Below, in pieces: positions 59,037 through 64,000 of a stretch of DNA of 64,000 nt. The position numbers and the translations under genes are program-made. Source of the stretch: Bryobacteraceae bacterium (GTDB taxonomy: Bacteria; Acidobacteriota; Terriglobia; Bryobacterales; Bryobacteraceae); NCBI GenBank assembly GCA_041394885.1, contig JAWKHI010000018.1, forward strand, positions 48,754 through 112,753. The letters are read 5' to 3'. The notes under the pieces were generated by a model. It was not told the DNA's origin. It was given only the letters and a program-made list of their open reading frames with translations, and did not search any database. Each line of letters starts with the position of its first letter. Within the stretch, counting starts at the first letter, position 1.

Positions 59037-59776
59037 TCCGCCACGCCGACCGGCTGGCGGTCCATGGACTCGAGGAGGTCGACAACGCGCGCGCGCATGA
59101 GCGCGGTCAATCTCTCGCGATCCTTGAGCGTCATACCGGTGGTGGAGATGGGCTCACCGAGGACGAAGTCGACGGGAAGTCCGCGCAAGCAGAGACCCCC
59201 GATGGGCAGTACTTCACGGGTGCCGCGGAGGGCAAACGGGATGACGGGTGCTTGCGACTTGATGGCGATGTAGGCGGCGCCTTCCTTGAACTCCTGCATT
59301 TCGCCACGGGCGCGCGCGCCTTCGGGAAACAAGAGGACGGAGAGCCCGCGTTCCTCAATGCGCCGGGCGGCTTCCGTAAGAATCTTGAGGCTGCCGCGTG
59401 TGTCGGAATTGTCAACCGGGAAGTGGCCGGAGCGCCGCAGGTGAGTACCGAGAAATGGAAGGGCGACGTATTTCGCGTTGACGAGAAAAAGAAACTGTTG
59501 CGGGATATTGCCGAGCACGACGGGGGTGTCGAACAGGGAGAGGTGATTGCCGACGAAGACATAGTTGCGGGTCAGATCGACATTCTCCATGCCGCGGATA
59601 CGAACCTCGACGCCGCCGATGGAGAGAAGCATGCGTGCCCAGCGGCGGGAGATGGCGTGCTGGCGGCGGCCGGTGGGGTCAAAAAACGAGACGGCCACCG
59701 AGACAGTGCCCATGAAGATGGTGGCGCTGAAGATCAGCGGCGCTTTGACGGCCAACGACAGCAGTAGCTTGCTCAT
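59033..59776 (-). CDS. plsC: 1-acyl-sn-glycerol-3-phosphate acyltransferase
   Basis: The HX4D box in FVGNHLSLFDTPVV and the PEGARA block. Overlaps glpD by 4 nt. Confidence 0.8.
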   Translation of the reverse strand: MSKLLLSLAVKAPLIFSATIFMGTVSVAVSFFDPTGRRQHAISRRWARMLLSIGGVEVRIRGMENVDLTRNYVFVGNHLSLFDTPVVLGNIPQQFLFLVNAKYVALPFLGTHLRRSGHFPVDNSDTRGSLKILTEAARRIEERGLSVLLFPEGARARGEMQEFKEGAAYIAIKSQAPVIPFALRGTREVLPIGGLCLRGLPVDFVLGEPISTTGMTLKDRERLTALMRARVVDLLESMDRQPVGVAD

Positions 59777-59785
59777 GGTGGTTCG

Positions 59786-60277
59786 CTAGGCGCTGGCCGC
59801 TAGTGCACGAACGGTGCGGAAGAAAACGCTGGCCAGCGCGGTGGCGAGCAATTGGACGGTTGGAGCCAACTCGGGTTGGCCCTCGAACATCACCATCACC
59901 ATCGCGGGCCGGTTGTCGCCCGGATTGGCCAATTCGGGGGCTCCAGTGATGGGTTCGACGATGGATACGCGCAACGCCTCGGCCATGCTGGCGTCAGAGG
60001 AGGGGTCCTCGCCGCTCAAGAGCACTCCGGCCGCCAGCGTCTGGTTGCCTTGGAAGAAAGCGACGAATGCCGCGCCGTGTTCGGCAGCCGCCCACTGCAT
60101 CTCGATTTCGTTCTTGTTCAGAAAAGGGATCGGCTGCCGGAATTCGGCCGGCTGGCCGGCCAAAAACTCGGCGAACAGGTTACACACGGTGACGCCCTGT
60201 TCCAGCGTGGGAATCAGATCGTAGGTCGCGGATTCCACGCGGCGCTGTTCCGGATGGATCGTCCGCACGGAGAACAT
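59786..60277 (-). CDS. hypothetical protein (163 aa)
   Basis: Unbroken ORF with protein-like composition. No motif recognised. Confidence 0.5.
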   Translation of the reverse strand: MFSVRTIHPEQRRVESATYDLIPTLEQGVTVCNLFAEFLAGQPAEFRQPIPFLNKNEIEMQWAAAEHGAAFVAFFQGNQTLAAGVLLSGEDPSSDASMAEALRVSIVEPITGAPELANPGDNRPAMVMVMFEGQPELAPTVQLLATALASVFFRTVRALAASA

Positions 60278-60298
60278 AAGGACAAGCGTAGCAGACCC

Positions 60299-60973
60299 TT
60301 ACGCTTCGGGAAGAATCGCGTAGGCGCGAACGGGAAACGAGGCGCCGCCGCGCCATGCAATGGGAACGGCGTGAAGGATGGCCCCTTCGTCGGGCAGGGC
60401 GGCCAGATTGGTCATGTGCTCGCAAATGGGCGTGCCGGCGCCCAGAAGAATCGTGTGGGCGGGGCGGGCGCTTTCCTCGATGTTGTCGACGTTGAGAGAA
60501 TCAATGCCGACGAAGAATGCGCCGCGGCTCACCAGGTACCGGCAGGCGTCGGCGGTGAGATACGGGTTGGGCTCGAAGTAGCGTTCCGAGCCCCAGTGGC
60601 GGGACCAATCGGTGCGCACGAGCACGGCTTTGCCCTCGACCTCGCGTCCGGCGAACAACTCGGGGCCGACGGCGCGGCCGGTGGCGGGGACGGCGTGAAA
60701 AAGTGCGATGGGCAGGTGGGCGAGGCGGTAAAGCGGCAGCGCGGCGAGATCGAGGCCATCGCGGAAGCGGTGGATGGGTGCGTCGACGTAGGTGCCGGTG
60801 TTGCCGCACAGATGGAGAGACGCGATGTAGAACTCGGCCTGATTCTGGTAGCGCTCGCGCGAGGTATCATAATCGAGCACCACTTCTACCTCTGGCACGG
60901 GGAGCCCGGGATAGGTCCGCATGCCGGGTTCGATGGGATGACTCACTTCCACGAATCGAGGCGGAGTGGGCAT
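60299..60973 (-). CDS. cyclase-family protein (kynurenine-formamidase-like fold)
   Basis: 224 aa with HPIEPGMRTYPG, GTYVDAPIH and FVGIDSLNVD. Confidence 0.7.
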   Translation of the reverse strand: MPTPPRFVEVSHPIEPGMRTYPGLPVPEVEVVLDYDTSRERYQNQAEFYIASLHLCGNTGTYVDAPIHRFRDGLDLAALPLYRLAHLPIALFHAVPATGRAVGPELFAGREVEGKAVLVRTDWSRHWGSERYFEPNPYLTADACRYLVSRGAFFVGIDSLNVDNIEESARPAHTILLGAGTPICEHMTNLAALPDEGAILHAVPIAWRGGASFPVRAYAILPEA

Positions 60974-60993
60974 GAATCAGATTGTAACGCTGA

Positions 60994-62301
60994 ATGCTAG
61001 AGCGTATAGAACGGTATTTCGAATTCGCGCGATTGCGCACGGACTGGCGGACCGAGATTTTGGCCGGCTGTACGACGTTCGCGACGATGGCTTATATCAT
61101 TTTCGTGAATCCGTCGATCCTGGCCGACGCGGGAATGCCGGTTGAGTCGGTGACGGCGGCAACCTGCCTGACGGCTGGCCTCGCCAGTATTCTCATGGGC
61201 GCCGCCGGCCGCTATCCGCTGGCGCTGGCACCGGGAATGGGTTTGAATGCCTACTTTGCGTACGTGGTGGTGCAGAAGATGCAGGTACCGTGGCAGACGG
61301 CTTTGGGAGCGGTGTTTCTCTCCGGCGCGGCCTTCCTCGCGCTAACGCTTTGCGGCTTCCGGCAGAAGCTGTTGCGCGCCCTGCCGCGGGAACTGACAGC
61401 ATCGGTGGCGGCGGGGATCGGGCTCTTTATCGCGTTCGTCGGCCTCCGCAACGCGGGAATCATCGTCGCGGACCCGGCTACCATGGTCACCCTCGGCGAT
61501 CTCACCGCGCCCAATGCGACGCTGGCGATGGCAGGCATTGTCGCGATGGCGGCCCTGGCGGCGCGCCGGTTCCAGGGAGCGATCCTGGCGGGCATCGGCC
61601 TCACCTTCGCGGCGGGGCTGGCGACAGGCGCCTTCACTTGGGCGCCGAAACCGTACCAATGGCCGAGCGTTGCGGGAACGGCTCTGCAACTGGACGTAAG
61701 CGGTGCTCTACGGTTGGGGCTGGCCGAGATTGTGTTCGTGTTTCTGTTCGTGGACTTGTTCGACAATCTCGGCACGACGGTGGCGGTGACGCGGCACGCG
61801 GGCCTGATGGAGCCGGATGGCAGGATTCCCCGTGTGGGAAGCATCCTCGCCATCGACGCGGCGGCGACGATGGCGGGGGCGTTGGTGGGCACCTCGACGG
61901 TGGTGAGCTACATCGAGTCGGCGGCGGGAATCGCGGCAGGGGGGAGGTCTGGAGTGACGGCGGTCGTTACGGGCGTACTGTTTCTGGCGGCGATGATTCT
62001 GGCGCCGTTGGCGGGGACGATTCCTGGCGCGGCGACAGCGCCTGCTCTGGTGTTGGTGGGCGCGGCGATGCTGGGGCACATCGCGGCCATCGATTGGAAC
62101 CAGCCGCGAGTGGCGATACCGGCGTTTCTCACTATCGCCGCCATCCCGCTAACCTTCAGCATCGCCAACGGACTGGCGCTGGGATTTACGGCCTACTGCC
62201 TGATCCAACTGCTGAGCGGGCATGGGCGGGAGGTTTCGGCGCTGATGTACGGTTTATGCGCGCTGTTCCTAGTGCGTTTCCTGTACCTCGGGGCGGGGTA
62301 G
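60994..62301 (+). CDS. NCS2-family purine permease (AzgA/PbuG-like)
   Basis: YFEFARLRTDWRTEILAGCTTFATMAYIIFVNPSIL. 435 aa, multi-TM. Confidence 0.85.
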   Translation: MLERIERYFEFARLRTDWRTEILAGCTTFATMAYIIFVNPSILADAGMPVESVTAATCLTAGLASILMGAAGRYPLALAPGMGLNAYFAYVVVQKMQVPWQTALGAVFLSGAAFLALTLCGFRQKLLRALPRELTASVAAGIGLFIAFVGLRNAGIIVADPATMVTLGDLTAPNATLAMAGIVAMAALAARRFQGAILAGIGLTFAAGLATGAFTWAPKPYQWPSVAGTALQLDVSGALRLGLAEIVFVFLFVDLFDNLGTTVAVTRHAGLMEPDGRIPRVGSILAIDAAATMAGALVGTSTVVSYIESAAGIAAGGRSGVTAVVTGVLFLAAMILAPLAGTIPGAATAPALVLVGAAMLGHIAAIDWNQPRVAIPAFLTIAAIPLTFSIANGLALGFTAYCLIQLLSGHGREVSALMYGLCALFLVRFLYLGAG

Positions 62302-62419
62302 AATCGCCGCGAAAAAGGGGCTCGGGCGAACACTACAACGGGGTTAGGGTTTTTCGCGCGAATCTTGAGTGGCTTCGCTGGTTCTTCCATCATTCCGGAA
62401 GACCGATAAAGGGATAGAC

Positions 62420-63091
62420 ATGGAAACCTCGCTCGTTGCTCTCTCGCTCAAACCGGTAACCATCCTGTCCTTTCTGCTTTGCGTGGTCGCTGTGCTGTGG
62501 TGCGCGGTGATGATGCCGAAGCTGCGTTTCGGAAAGGACCGGTTCGTGGTGGGTTTGGTGGGGATGCTGTCGGTGCATCATGGATTCACGATGCTTGGGC
62601 AGGCGGGGGTGTGGCTGGGCGCGGCGCCAACGGCGACCGGCCAATGGGTGACGCTGGGGGCGACGGCGCTCTACCTGGTGACAGTGATCATTCTGGAGCG
62701 GGCCACCACAGAGAATCGGCGGAACCAGTTCCGTTTGCGTCTGGCCGAAGGCAACCAGGCTCCGCCGCCCAAGCCCGTGATGCGCGGGCGGTCCGGGGAG
62801 AACTCGCCGGGGGTTTCGCCTCACATGACCGACGCCGTGATCGAATCCTCGCCGCTGGCGATGTTCGCCGTGGACGCCAACGGGGCGATTTGCTGCTGGA
62901 ACACGGCCGCGGAAAAGGAATTCGGCTGGAGCAAGAGTGAAGTGATCGGGCGCGAGACGCCTTTCGGAGGGGCCGAACAACTGCGGCGGAAGGACGGATC
63001 GGAGGTACAAGCCTCTATCTGGACTGCGCCGGTGGATCTGCACGGCGCGCTCGGGCAGGGACGTCTCACCATCGTCGCCAACCACGGGTAA
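62420..63091 (+). CDS. membrane protein with a C-terminal PAS-like domain
   Basis: ATG 62420, TM helices, then SSPLAMFAVDANGAICCWNTAAEKEFGWSKSEVIG. Confidence 0.6.
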   Translation: METSLVALSLKPVTILSFLLCVVAVLWCAVMMPKLRFGKDRFVVGLVGMLSVHHGFTMLGQAGVWLGAAPTATGQWVTLGATALYLVTVIILERATTENRRNQFRLRLAEGNQAPPPKPVMRGRSGENSPGVSPHMTDAVIESSPLAMFAVDANGAICCWNTAAEKEFGWSKSEVIGRETPFGGAEQLRRKDGSEVQASIWTAPVDLHGALGQGRLTIVANHG

Positions 63092-63717
63092 CCAAGGTCT
63101 GTCGTCGAGACCTACCGGGCGTCAGTCTGCTGCTTGGAGTCCGGCTGCGGTGTTGGAAATATCCGTACGTTTGCAAGGTCTCCTGCCATCATCGCGGTTT
63201 ATGCGCGCCGAGTCGGCGCCCCCCCAGAATCGATCCATTCATCCTTCAGAGCAGCGGAATTGGCGAGACCACTGACGAAACAACCGGGTCGGGCCAGACG
63301 CGACCGCGGAGTGGCACGTCCGCGGCGAGGCTCGTGGATGCTACGCCGGGGACGCGTGAAATTGTCGAGATTCGCCAGACTGCTGAGGGTGCGGATAAAC
63401 CACCGGCGCCGGAGCGACAGGGAAAACGCGACCGGAATCACCACCGGCGAGGACGACAGCCGCGGTCGTGCTCCGGCAACCGACCGAGAATCGCTCTGCA
63501 GCGCCCTGGAGTAGACGCGTGGTGGGAATCCAGACCGCAAGGCCGGCGCCTGAAGAATGAATGCGCTGGCTTCCACGGAGCCCGCGGGGAGCGGGTTCCC
63601 CCTGCCGAGCGTGGCCCAAACAGTTCGGGCGTCCCGGCCGCAACTCGTTGCCGAGGGGGGTGGGGACGCCCAGGGAGCGGGGGAGGAGTTCCCGCCTTGC
63701 CGTTGCGTCGAGCCTTT

Positions 63718-64000
63718 TTACTGCGGCGTCGCTTCGAAGTACCCTGCCGCCAGTTCCGGTTTGGAGGCGAGGGCCTGGCTCCAATAGAGGCGCGCTTCTT
63801 CGGAGTGGCCAAGAGCCTTGAGGGCGTGGCCGAGATTCAGCAGCGCCTCGGGGAAGTCCGGACGTTCGGTGATCGCCTCGCGGTAGAGCCGGATGGCGTC
63901 GTCGAGTTGCCCGCTCTTCTGGAGGATGAGGCCGGTGTTGTAGAACAATTCCGGACTCCGCTCGCCTTTGTCGATGAGCTTGGCCTGGCACTCGAGGGCG
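63718..64000 (-). CDS. TPR-repeat protein, C-terminal part (5' end lies beyond the window)
   Basis: ORF 63718..63948 and the open frame upstream read FYNTGLILQKSGQLDDAIRLYREAITERPDFPEALLNLGHALKALGHSEEA. Confidence 0.7.
   Translation of the reverse strand, partial: ALECQAKLIDKGERSPELFYNTGLILQKSGQLDDAIRLYREAITERPDFPEALLNLGHALKALGHSEEARLYWSQALASKPELAAGYFEATPQ

Noticed and set aside
63092-63717. 625-bp stretch with ORFs 63134..63514(+), 63199..63576(-) and 63341..63991(-). A VVIPV...RTLSSLANLD string faintly recalls a GT2 glycosyltransferase N-terminus.
   Set aside because: All frames are Arg-rich with no sustained family pattern. The evidence is insufficient for a gene, pseudogene or ncRNA call.

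Overview
High-GC bacterial chromosomal segment. Gene content looks Acidobacteria-like (CarboxypepD_reg-type TonB receptor, choice-of-anchor and TPR proteins, many sulfatases), but that is inference only. I support about 55 protein-coding genes and see no rRNA, tRNA or CRISPR array. The housekeeping backbone includes an RND efflux adaptor, LytS/LytTR and PAS two-component genes, a SorAB-like sulfite dehydrogenase, and a Rieske/cytochrome b-c complex. It also includes purQ-purL-purF, ppk1 with two ppk2 genes, an MrfA-type helicase, glpD-plsC and a purine permease. Two accessory or conflict islands stand out. Island A (12.4-18.4 kb) holds two VapBC-type toxin-antitoxin (TA) modules, one flanked by a 58-bp duplication of the 3' end of the neighbouring gene. 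It also holds a metallophosphoesterase-NACHT STAND NTPase whose 3' end is replaced by the C-terminal fragment of a DGR-type reverse transcriptase. That fragment abuts a 5'-truncated group II intron with a textbook domain V. Island B (28.2-31.4 kb) is a decayed diversity-generating retroelement (DGR). It has a TIR-EAD1-FGE(C-type lectin fold) target gene with a VR-like 3' end, an Avd gene and a 41-codon RT stub. Beside it lie HEPN/MNT remnants and a Ser/Thr kinase fragment. I could not find a template repeat (TR). Other observations: a dense cluster of frame disruptions between 26.6 and 37.2 kb that reaches purQ and purL, mostly at homopolymers, which could be sequencing error or real decay. 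There is also a small membrane ORF whose TGA is followed by a SECIS-like hairpin and an in-frame Cys-containing extension. All calls rest on the ORF track plus hand translation and motif recognition; no database search was run.
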